From IMG/VR virus record IMGVR_UViG_3300032085_000337, positions 1 to 64,000 of that record: a stretch of 64,000 nt of DNA, one strand, 5' to 3'. Position 1 is the stretch's first letter. Every line of letters begins with the position of its first letter. This document shows, in pieces, positions 35,977 to 44,004 of the stretch. A program made the position numbers and the translations under genes. This DNA is from a virus. The notes beneath the pieces are model-generated. The model searched no databases. It was not told the origin of the DNA and worked only from the letters and a program-made list of their open reading frames with translations.

Positions 35977-36145
35977 AAACACTAAGCTCTTAGCCTAGGG
36001 ATTGACCCCGATAATGGCCTGAGGATAGAGCTAGGGTAGGCTGCACAGTAAGCAGATACAAACACCCTAGCTCTCCTTTATCTCTTGACGTTGGCATGAA
36101 TATTTGTGTCAATCTCTTAGGATAAAACTCGAAAGGAAAAGACAA

Positions 36146-36373
36146 ATGGAACAAGATATCAAAGCAATCGGTGAACAAATGCGAGACGTTGCAGAAGATA
36201 ATTGGCAAGCTTTGAGCAAGGAATATTGGAGGCTTCACAAGCTTGTCGAGACAGAAAGCTTTAGCTCACGGTGGGAACAAATGGACGCAATCCGCAAGCT
36301 CTCACAATTAGGCTTGGCGCTTCATGCATCAGGCGAGGCGCTTAGTGCAATCAATTTGGTTCGCTGCCATTAG
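36146..36373 (+). CDS. Early hypothetical protein
   Basis: GAAAGGA RBS before ATG (MEQDIKAIG...). Confidence 0.65.
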   Translation: MEQDIKAIGEQMRDVAEDNWQALSKEYWRLHKLVETESFSSRWEQMDAIRKLSQLGLALHASGEALSAINLVRCH

Positions 36374-36439
36374 AGCTTTGATTTATCGGGTGCATCTCAC
36401 GGGGTGTACCTAGATAAACCAAACTGAAAGGATAGACCA

Positions 36440-37030
36440 ATGACAAACCATGTTCGCAACATTCTTAAGCTATACCGCCAAGCGACACAGGAAGACACAA
36501 TCAACGGTGTTGAATGGTATGCAAGGGCTGAACGCATGGCCAAGGCTATTGCTAGTGACGCTGGCTTGCCATTGTCTACTGTGATTGGCGTCATGGCTGC
36601 TTTATCCCCCAATAACCGCTGGGAACGTAATTGCAGGGATGCTGCTACTATGTGTCAGGCTTGGCAGAATGGCGACAGTATGGATAGCTTCAAGGTGTCA
36701 TGCTATAACACAATGAAAGCTAAGGCTTGGGCTATCCTTGAGCTAGGCTTAACAGACGACGAAGACATTCTGTCACACCTTAACGGCCAGAAGATACGTT
36801 CGTTTTACTCTAACATTCGTGGCTTGGACGAAGTGACGATTGACGGTCATGCCCTGAACATTGCACGGGGCAAGCGAGAGGGCTTGACAAGCGACAAGAC
36901 TAACATGGGGAAGCGTGAATATCGTGAGCTTCAAGCAGCCTATGTGAGGGCAGCTAAGCGGGTAAAGGTAAAGCCTCACGTTCTGCAGGCTATTACTTGG
37001 ACAACGTGGAAGCGTGTTCACAATATCTAA
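36440..37030 (+). CDS. Conserved phage early protein (DUF7178-like, predicted all-alpha glycosylase-like fold)
   Basis: WY..A, AALSPNNRWERN, KIRSFY.NI, VTIDGHA, QAITW motifs; GAAAGGA RBS. Confidence 0.6.
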   Translation: MTNHVRNILKLYRQATQEDTINGVEWYARAERMAKAIASDAGLPLSTVIGVMAALSPNNRWERNCRDAATMCQAWQNGDSMDSFKVSCYNTMKAKAWAILELGLTDDEDILSHLNGQKIRSFYSNIRGLDEVTIDGHALNIARGKREGLTSDKTNMGKREYRELQAAYVRAAKRVKVKPHVLQAITWTTWKRVHNI

Positions 37031-37053
37031 TTAACAAAGAGAGAGATAAGACT

Positions 37054-37272
37054 ATGACTAACACACAACACAAGAACATTCTGAAGCATCTTAAGACAGC
37101 CAAGGGACTAACAGTCCGTGAAGCCCTGATTGAATACAGCATTAGCAGCCTGACTAAGCGGGTGCATGAGCTACGGGGTTTGGGGTATGACATTGAATCA
37201 GTCCGAAAGAAGCACCCTGTAACAGGTCAGAGATATACACGTTACTTTCTGCTAGAGGAGCAAGAGCAATGA
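37054..37272 (+). CDS. Winged helix-turn-helix DNA-binding protein
   Basis: ILKHL..GLT.REA..YSISSL..RV.ELR..GY.I pattern. Confidence 0.75.
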   Translation: MTNTQHKNILKHLKTAKGLTVREALIEYSISSLTKRVHELRGLGYDIESVRKKHPVTGQRYTRYFLLEEQEQ

Positions 37273-37481
37273 GCATGTGCGGAGAGATAGAGAACACAGA
37301 GAACGTAATCAAATCCCTGAGGGCTAAGGAATTTAATATTCAATTCAATAGTAGTGGGTTGACAGATAAAGAGAGACTAACGATAGTTAACACTATCAGA
37401 GAGGAGCTTCTTGAAGAGACTGTAAGGTTGAACAAGCTCCTAGAATTAGCCAACAAGGCGGAGGGTTCACACCGTGCTTAG
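37269..37481 (+). CDS. Hypothetical protein
   Basis: 70 aa, ATGA overlap, GAGGAG RBS. Confidence 0.6.
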   Translation: MSMCGEIENTENVIKSLRAKEFNIQFNSSGLTDKERLTIVNTIREELLEETVRLNKLLELANKAEGSHRA

Positions 37482-37686
37482 ATATCTTTATAGAGTAGGC
37501 ATTGCCTTGTCTGTCCTGTTTAATGTAATCCTGTTAGGAGAAAGCAATCAGACATTCTCAGCCCGCAACTATGGGTGGAAGAGGGAGGGAAAACCCAATG
37601 GCGTTTGGTTAATTGACAGGCTATCTAAGAAGGATCACTGCCGCATGTCATGGGTTTACTGGATCACAGCCAAGAAAAAAAGTTAG
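37474..37686 (+). CDS. Small membrane-associated hypothetical protein
   Basis: N..LLGESNQTFSAR..W...HC pattern; GGAGG RBS. Confidence 0.6.
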   Translation: MLRYLYRVGIALSVLFNVILLGESNQTFSARNYGWKREGKPNGVWLIDRLSKKDHCRMSWVYWITAKKKS

Positions 37687-37783
37687 GCTTTATGTCGATT
37701 AGGGGTAGACGGATCAGAAATTCACGATATAATAAGTATTAACGATGCCCCCCGCCACATACACCTGAAAGGATAGGTTTCTA

Positions 37784-37933
37784 ATGTTACCTGTTACACT
37801 AGAAGAACACTTAATCACTATGGGTCTGATACCTTTATCCTCGTTTGAGGAACTTGATACTGTAGTTAATCCTACAGGCCAAGAGGAAGACCTGCCAACA
37901 TACAACGAAGAGACACAGGAGTATATGTTCTAA
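37784..37933 (+). CDS. 49-aa acidic protein (not in the ORF track)
   Basis: GAAAGGA RBS, MLPVTLEEHL...QEYMF*, stop overlaps the thyX start (TAATG). Confidence 0.6.
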   Translation: MLPVTLEEHLITMGLIPLSSFEELDTVVNPTGQEEDLPTYNEETQEYMF

Positions 37934-38601
37934 TGACACAGATTAAAACAACATACATTGATCACATGGGTTCAGACCTTTCCGTAGTCAACGCAGCACG
38001 GGTTAGCTTTGGTAAGAAGAGTGACTGGGAGTTCTCTGCACTAAAAGAGGGCCTACTTGAGAGAGACGCCAAGCTCATCAACTACCTAGCCAAGCACAAG
38101 CACATCAGCCCCTTCGGCCATGCCTTTGCCTCCTTCCATGTTAAGGCTCCTATCTTTGTAGCACGACAGCTGGTCAAGCATAAGTTCCTGCGCTGGAATG
38201 AGATCAGTCGTCGTTACGTTGATGATGAGCCTGAGTTCTATGTGCCTGACGTATGGCGTGGCCGTAGTGCTGACAAGAAGCAGGGGTCTGAGGGTGAGGT
38301 TAAACTTGGAACACTTGATGATGTTATAGTGTCGGACAGCCCACATGAGGCACTCTGTGCGTATAACTCATTGCTTGATGCAGGCGTAGCACCTGAGCAA
38401 GCCCGCATGGTACTGCCACAGTCCACCATGACAGAATTTTACTGGTCAGGTTCACTGGATGCCTTTGCTGACATGTGCCGCCTACGTTGTAAGGAAGACA
38501 CACAGTATGAGAGCCGTGTAGTAGCTGATCAGGTATCTGATGTCATGCAAGACCTTTATCCTGTATCATGGGCTGCACTAATGAAAGGAGAAAAGCAATG
38601 A
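37933..38601 (+). CDS. thyX: Flavin-dependent thymidylate synthase
   Basis: VNAARVSF, HISPF, PIFVARQLVKH..NEISRRY, EQARMVLP. Confidence 0.93.
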   Translation: MTQIKTTYIDHMGSDLSVVNAARVSFGKKSDWEFSALKEGLLERDAKLINYLAKHKHISPFGHAFASFHVKAPIFVARQLVKHKFLRWNEISRRYVDDEPEFYVPDVWRGRSADKKQGSEGEVKLGTLDDVIVSDSPHEALCAYNSLLDAGVAPEQARMVLPQSTMTEFYWSGSLDAFADMCRLRCKEDTQYESRVVADQVSDVMQDLYPVSWAALMKGEKQ

Positions 38602-38960
38602 CTAATCGTAAATTTACACCGCCAACAGAGTTCCCCGCAGAGTATGTCGATGGGTTTGGGTGTAAGGTCACTATCTTGGGGCGTTCTTATTACAACAAAG
38701 AGAGACCTCTGGTAGGTTTTGATGACGAGGGCTGCGCCTGTAATTACGCAGAAAACGGGGCTTATTGGCCTGATGATGGGGGTAAATATGACCTTCACGA
38801 CATCCAAAAGCGCATCACAACGTGGCACAACGTCTACGAGGGTTGGGTCGGGGCTTCAAATAAAGTGAACCGTGGGGCTACAGAAAACCGCCTCTGCGTC
38901 TACCGCATTGAACGTAACGAGGATGGTAGCAACCCTGAGATATTCGTGGAGGAAGTGTGA
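38598..38960 (+). CDS. Hypothetical protein whose 3' end forms the junction repeat
   Basis: AAAGGAG RBS, ATGA overlap with thyX; last ~30 codons repeated at the window start. Confidence 0.7.
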   Translation: MTNRKFTPPTEFPAEYVDGFGCKVTILGRSYYNKERPLVGFDDEGCACNYAENGAYWPDDGGKYDLHDIQKRITTWHNVYEGWVGASNKVNRGATENRLCVYRIERNEDGSNPEIFVEEV

Positions 38961-38963
38961 TGA
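38865..38963 (+). repeat. Direct repeat copy 2 (matches 1-99); junction between phage 1 and phage 2
   Basis: See 1-99; sequences diverge completely after 38963. Confidence 0.95.
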
Positions 38964-39031
38964 CTGACGGAAACACAGATGACCCTTGTGACGAAATGAT
39001 ACCCCCATCCAAGAAAGAGCCTAAATAAAGC

Positions 39032-39060
39032 TTGACAAGTGGTCTTGGTTATGCTATAAT
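39032..39060 (+). promoter_or_regulatory. Perfect sigma70 promoter with extended -10 upstream of the RNAP gene
   Basis: TTGACA-17 bp-TATAAT with TGn before the -10. Confidence 0.85.
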
Positions 39061-39095
39061 TGGCACATCAAGACCACAAAACCTTAGGACCATGT

Positions 39096-39261
39096 TGACC
39101 TTAGGTAATCAAACTATTTTTATACTAGGGGGTGTAAAATTTCTCTTTTTTGTTATCTATTAGTGTAGGGTTCTTGCTTTAAGGTAGACTGACCCTACGT
39201 AATCAAACTATTTTAGCTCTAGGGGGTTATATTTTTCGTCTTTTTTGTTATCTATTAGTGT
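39096..39261 (+). repeat. Two imperfect ~71-bp direct repeats upstream of the RNAP gene
   Basis: 39096-39166 vs 39190-39261 share GTAATCAAACTATTTT, CTAGGGGGT and TCTTTTTTGTTATCTATTAGTGT. Confidence 0.85.
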
Positions 39262-39294
39262 TAAGTTTATTCAAAGAATAGGGAACCACAAGAA

Positions 39295-41565
39295 ATGATA
39301 AAAACAACACAATTCGAGCTTGAGGCACAGATGCAGGACCGTGGTTATGCTAGGTTCCTCAAGCAAATTGAAGCAGCCCGTAAGAACGAGGGCCAGAGCA
39401 ACACAGCTTATGGCCGTGAGCTTATCAAGGCTAACATTGATGATGTTGTTGTAGCCATTGGGGCTTTCATAGACACACAAGCAACCGTTAAGCGTAAAGC
39501 ACCAGCATCTATCCTGCTCAATGACCTTAACCTTGAAGCTGTGGCTTACTTGGCCCTCAAGACCATCGTGAACAGCCTTGGGCATGATGAAGCTAAGACC
39601 ACAGCCACAGCTATCAACATTGGCCTTGCAGTCTCCAACGCTATCAAACTGGCAGAGCTTAGTGCTGACAAAGAGAGCAAGGGCCTCGTTAAGCACATTG
39701 AGACAAGCGCAAAGAGAGCGCTGGGCAATGACAACAGCAAAGAGAAGGCTGTATCTGAGACATTGGCATTCTTTAACATGCAATCTGCTTGGTCTGTTGA
39801 GGATCAACTCAAGGTTGGTATCACCTTGGTTGAGCTTATCGCTGCGTCTGGCCTCATTGAGAATATCACTGTTGGTAGTGGCAAAAGCTCCTTTAACAAA
39901 CTAGTCCCTACAGATAAGACTATGGAGATGGTTGAGGTGATGAACTTATGCCCTGAGTTCGCCCCAGTCTACCTTCCGATGATAGTAGAGCCTAAAGACT
40001 GGGACACTGATGGCAATGGTGGTTACCTTACACTCCGCCAACCTCTTGTTAAGACACGCTTTGAGGGGCACACAGAGGCCCTTCAGGGGGCTGACTTGTC
40101 TTCTGTGCGTCAGAGCATCAATATCATCCAACAGACCGCTTGGAAGGTCCACACAGGGCTTCTCAGTATCGCTCAGAGGGCCTTTGATGATGGCTTGGAC
40201 GTAGACTGCTTCCCATTCAACTACAAAGACGACCGCCCTAAGCGCACAAGCATCCGTGTAGGGGCTACTACAGTGTTATCGCTGGCTGAGGAGTTCAGAG
40301 GGCACGAGGCTATCTATTTCCCTCACAACATGGACTGGAGGGGCCGTGTGTACCCAATGGTTGATGGCCTATCCCCACAAGGTAATAAACTGGCTAAGTC
40401 GCTCCTCTCTTTTGCTGAAGGTAAACGTATCACGGGTGGCGCTGAGAACTTCTTGGCTATCCACATCGCCAATGAGTTCGGTAAGGACAAGCTGTCCCTT
40501 GGTGATCGTGTAGCTTGGGTCTTTGAGAATGAAGATAAGATCGTTGAGGCTGCTAATGACCCTTTTGGGCCTAACAAAGACTTTTGGCTCAATGCTGACA
40601 GCCCTTGGGGCTTCCTTCGTGGCTGCTTAGAGTGGGCTGGCTACTGTGCTGACCCGGAGGACTTCCTTAGCACCCTGCCAGTAGCCTTTGATGGCTCTTG
40701 CTCTGGTCTCCAGCACTTCTCTGCGATGTTCAAAGATGAAGTTGGTGGCCGTGAAGTGAACCTTTTACCTGACCTAGACCGCCAAGACATCTACAGTGCC
40801 GTCAAAGAGGCCGTGGAAGGGGTACTACAAGCCTCTGATGACGCTTTGGCTACACAGTGGCTTAAATCAGGACTTATGGGCCGTAGCCTCTTTAAAACGC
40901 CCACAATGACCTATGGCTACTCTTCTGAAGTTCCGGGCATGACTGATCAGATCAAAGCTTACGTTAAGGATAGCGGGAATGATGCCTTTGCTAAAGATGA
41001 GTTGTTTGTAGCTTGTAATTATCTTGCTAAGATCACTTTCGCAGAGATAGAAAACATCGTGGTCAAAGCTGCTGAAGCTAAAACATGGCTCCAAGCTTGT
41101 GTCAAAGGCAAGCAGGAAGCTGCTCAATGGACTACACCTGATGGGATGGTTGTTGTGCAGAAGTACAAAGTGCGTAAATCTAAGCAACTCAACATAATGG
41201 TAGAGGGCGAACGTATTCGCTCACGCTATGACGTACCTACAGACGCTGTAGACAGCCGTAAGATGGCCTCTGCTATCGCTCCTAACGTGATCCACAGCCT
41301 AGACGCTGCACACATCCGTATGGTTGCTCTAGCTGCCTCTGGTGAGCAGATGCACAGCCTTGCGATGATCCACGACAGCTTTGGTTGTCACGCTGCTGAT
41401 GCTGGCAGGTTCTTCAACATCATTCGTGAGCAGTTCGTGGCTCTTTACAGCGGAGATGTAGCTGAGATGCTTAATGCAGAACTCTCTGGCGGGTCTGTAG
41501 AGCTTCCTACAATGGGTACTTTGGACCTTGAGGGCATTATTGATACTGACTACTCCTTCGCCTAA
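39295..41565 (+). CDS. T7-like single-subunit DNA-directed RNA polymerase
   Basis: DWRGRVYP, PQG, motif A FDGSCSGLQH, motif B RSLFKTPTMTYGY, PNVIHSLDA, motif C IHDSFG. Confidence 0.95.
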   Translation: MIKTTQFELEAQMQDRGYARFLKQIEAARKNEGQSNTAYGRELIKANIDDVVVAIGAFIDTQATVKRKAPASILLNDLNLEAVAYLALKTIVNSLGHDEAKTTATAINIGLAVSNAIKLAELSADKESKGLVKHIETSAKRALGNDNSKEKAVSETLAFFNMQSAWSVEDQLKVGITLVELIAASGLIENITVGSGKSSFNKLVPTDKTMEMVEVMNLCPEFAPVYLPMIVEPKDWDTDGNGGYLTLRQPLVKTRFEGHTEALQGADLSSVRQSINIIQQTAWKVHTGLLSIAQRAFDDGLDVDCFPFNYKDDRPKRTSIRVGATTVLSLAEEFRGHEAIYFPHNMDWRGRVYPMVDGLSPQGNKLAKSLLSFAEGKRITGGAENFLAIHIANEFGKDKLSLGDRVAWVFENEDKIVEAANDPFGPNKDFWLNADSPWGFLRGCLEWAGYCADPEDFLSTLPVAFDGSCSGLQHFSAMFKDEVGGREVNLLPDLDRQDIYSAVKEAVEGVLQASDDALATQWLKSGLMGRSLFKTPTMTYGYSSEVPGMTDQIKAYVKDSGNDAFAKDELFVACNYLAKITFAEIENIVVKAAEAKTWLQACVKGKQEAAQWTTPDGMVVVQKYKVRKSKQLNIMVEGERIRSRYDVPTDAVDSRKMASAIAPNVIHSLDAAHIRMVALAASGEQMHSLAMIHDSFGCHAADAGRFFNIIREQFVALYSGDVAEMLNAELSGGSVELPTMGTLDLEGIIDTDYSFA

Positions 41566-41569
41566 AGCT

Positions 41570-41713
41570 AAAAACCCCCACTATAGAGAAAGAGGCCTTC
41601 AGGTAATTCTGGGGGCCTTTTCTTTGTGGGACGGCCCCTTTCAGGGACCATTTATGAGTGCTAGAAACCCTTATAAATAAGGCATCTCCAAAAACTACTC
41701 GTATAGAGGAAGA
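41570..41713 (+). promoter_or_regulatory. Two candidate phage-RNAP promoters
   Basis: AAAAACCCCCACTATAGAGAAAGA (41570-93) and AAAAACTACTCGTATAGAGGAAGA (41690-713), 18/24 identical, T7-like TATAG core. Confidence 0.55.
41590..41626 (+). terminator. Rho-independent terminator after the RNAP gene
   Basis: AGGCCTTCAG-GTAATT-CTGGGGGCCT followed by TTTCTTT. Confidence 0.75.
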
Positions 41714-41971
41714 AACCTCAACACTACCCAGCCGTTCTGGGTTATCAAACGGGGCACGAAGAGCTGTGAGACTTAAAAGTTACACATGACCTCTCCTTCT
41801 ACTACCCTGCTTAAAGCTGACAATGGTGTTAGCTGAAGGCCTGTAGTAGAAGACACTACCTTAAGAAAACCCAATACTATGGGGGTAAGGGGGCACTCTA
41901 AGCTATAAGAACTTAAAGTTACACATAAGTTCCCCTTAAGCATACTATAGTACACAAAAGGAACCAATAAG

Positions 41972-42166
41972 ATGATACAAGAAGCACTAGACACCATTAT
42001 GTACATGGATGAGGAAGACACTCAGCGCTACCTTCTGGTCCTCCTTGAGCGAGACCCTGAGCTATTCTATTCTATTCATAATGAGATTTTGCAATTAGAC
42101 TTCCTAAACGATATGCGGGAAGAAGAGCACAATGGCTACCCAATGTACCCGGAGCTAAGCCGATGA
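41972..42166 (+). CDS. Hypothetical acidic protein
   Basis: 64 aa, AAGGA RBS. Confidence 0.6.
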   Translation: MIQEALDTIMYMDEEDTQRYLLVLLERDPELFYSIHNEILQLDFLNDMREEEHNGYPMYPELSR

Positions 42167-42348
42167 GTAAGATGACTATCTCATTTGTAGCTGTATCAGC
42201 TTCAACAGGCTTAATGCTCTGGGATTATGCAATGTCACAGCCTTCTGTTGGCTTAATGTTGCTACCAGCCTTCTTTAGTGGTGGCTATATGGCAATTGCA
42301 GCAGCACACCTACTTGAACTAATTAAACAAAATAACAAAAAGGACTAA
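42163..42348 (+). CDS. Small two-TM membrane protein
   Basis: 61 aa hydrophobic, ATGA overlap. Confidence 0.6.
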   Translation: MSKMTISFVAVSASTGLMLWDYAMSQPSVGLMLLPAFFSGGYMAIAAAHLLELIKQNNKKD

Positions 42349-42419
42349 ACAGATGAAATATTATGTACTCCCAGATGGCACAGTGACCTTTAAGCGTAAA
42401 GACTGTGCGGAATACGACA

Positions 42420-43985
42420 ATGACTGAGATTACCAGACAGCCTTGTCCAACATGTCCTAGTAGCGATGCTTTCGCCTATAACACTGATGGCTATGGTGTC
42501 TGTTTCTCATGTGGTAGTTCATATCCTAAAAAGGGCGTTAAGTATTCTGAGGAAACACTGGCGCTCTACCCTTTAGGTGATAGTAGCTATGACAACTATG
42601 AGCCTGAGCCTTCACAAGAGGACGCTAAATACATTAGCATCCGTGGTATCACTAGTGAGACTATGGAGCACTATGGTGTAAAAACCGTAGTCTCACACTC
42701 AGGTGAGCCTGTAAGCCAGTCCTATGTTTACCCTTCAGGGTCTACAAAGACACGCAAGTTCCCTAAGTCCTTCACAGCTACTGGTAAGATGGATGAACTC
42801 TATGGAATGAACTTGTTCACTCGTGGTAGTTCTAAATCAGTCACCATAGTAGAAGGAGAACTAGATGCTCTAAGCGCTTGGCAGATGCTAGGTGGCGTAG
42901 GCAACCGCTACATTAACCCTGTAGTTTCACTACCATCAGCTAATCCATCTAAAACCTTTTGGGAAAACGTAGTCCCTTGGTTAGATGGCTTTGAGAAGAT
43001 TATTCTCTCTGTAGACGCTGATGGACCGGGTGATGCTGTTGCTCAAAAGATAAACAACATCTTCCCTAAGAAGGTCTTCAGGGTAGACCACAGCACCTAC
43101 AAGGACGCTAACGAGTTCCTACAGGCTGGTAAGTCCTCAGAATACAAAAGTGCTTGGTTTAACGCCCAGCGCTTTATGCCTGACAACATCTTGCATAGTT
43201 CTGAAGACCTCCTAAAGCTTTTTGACCACACACCAGATCATTCCTACGTCCCTACAGGCATCCCTGACTTTGATGCTAAGGCTATGGGCTTAATGCAGGG
43301 ACACCTAACAGTCTTTAAGGCCCCTACAGGGATCGGTAAGACCGAGCTTATGCGCTATCTTGAGTGGAACTTCCTTCAGCGTAACGTAAGTTTTGCTACT
43401 ATGCACTTGGAAGAGACTAAGCTCCGTAGTGTCTTAGGGTTAGTTTCATATGACCTGAAAGACAACTTGACCCGTAAGGATCTTGTTGAAGACAAAGGCA
43501 AGACTGAAGAAGTCCGTGAGAGCATTAAGAAACTTGGTGATAGCGATAACTACTACCAGTTCTTTATGAAAGATGGACAAACAGAGGATGACCTAATCGC
43601 TCAGATCAGAATGTTCAAAGAAGCTTATGACTGTAAGTTCGTAATGTTTGAGCCTATCCAAGATGCAGTTTCTACAGGCTCTGAGGAGAACAAAGAAGCT
43701 AAACTCGCTGAGTTGGCAGTTCGTCTCTCTAAGGTTGCTGCTGATCTAAACGTAGGTATTGTGACTATCGCTCACACTAATGACGATGGTGAAGTCAAAT
43801 ACTGCAAGATGATTGGCCAGCGTGCTTCTGTTATCGTAAGACTAGATAGAAACAAAGAAGCTGAAGACATCCAAGATCGTAACACTACACGCTTGGTTAT
43901 CGAAAAGAACCGTCCAACGTCTGAAGAGGGCTTTGCGGGTGAACTTTTGTTCAACATAGACACCTTCAACATGGAGGCACTATAA
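42420..43985 (+). CDS. T7 gp4-like primase-helicase
   Basis: CPTC..CFSC zinc finger, IVEGELDA, VDADGPG, APTGIGKT, EKNRP. Confidence 0.93.
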   Translation: MTEITRQPCPTCPSSDAFAYNTDGYGVCFSCGSSYPKKGVKYSEETLALYPLGDSSYDNYEPEPSQEDAKYISIRGITSETMEHYGVKTVVSHSGEPVSQSYVYPSGSTKTRKFPKSFTATGKMDELYGMNLFTRGSSKSVTIVEGELDALSAWQMLGGVGNRYINPVVSLPSANPSKTFWENVVPWLDGFEKIILSVDADGPGDAVAQKINNIFPKKVFRVDHSTYKDANEFLQAGKSSEYKSAWFNAQRFMPDNILHSSEDLLKLFDHTPDHSYVPTGIPDFDAKAMGLMQGHLTVFKAPTGIGKTELMRYLEWNFLQRNVSFATMHLEETKLRSVLGLVSYDLKDNLTRKDLVEDKGKTEEVRESIKKLGDSDNYYQFFMKDGQTEDDLIAQIRMFKEAYDCKFVMFEPIQDAVSTGSEENKEAKLAELAVRLSKVAADLNVGIVTIAHTNDDGEVKYCKMIGQRASVIVRLDRNKEAEDIQDRNTTRLVIEKNRPTSEEGFAGELLFNIDTFNMEAL

Positions 43986-44004
43986 TATGAAGGAATAAAA
44001 TAAT

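Larger units (their letters stand above)
35187..36144. other. Large non-coding region between divergent arms, probable physical genome ends and early promoters
   Basis: About 950 bp without a credible ORF; divergent promoters, C-rich tract and many TGTTAC/GTAAC-like short repeats. Confidence 0.6.
1..38963. mobile_element. Apparently complete, circularly permuted SIO1/cobavirus-like podovirus genome (phage 1)
   Basis: Two opposed gene arms with a bidirectional terminator; T7-like primase-helicase/polA without RNAP; class II RNR, PhoH, ThyX; podovirus portal/tail tubular/internal virion genes; 99-bp repeat at both ends. Confidence 0.9.

Noticed and set aside
35800-36100. tRNA or other known ncRNA in the large intergenic region
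   Set aside because: Hairpins are present but no cloverleaf, T-loop (GTTCRA) or CCA arrangement was seen
39096-39261. Mini CRISPR array
   Set aside because: Only two long imperfect repeats, no repeat-spacer series and no cas genes; the Cas4-like nuclease at 5410-6273 is a common phage replication exonuclease
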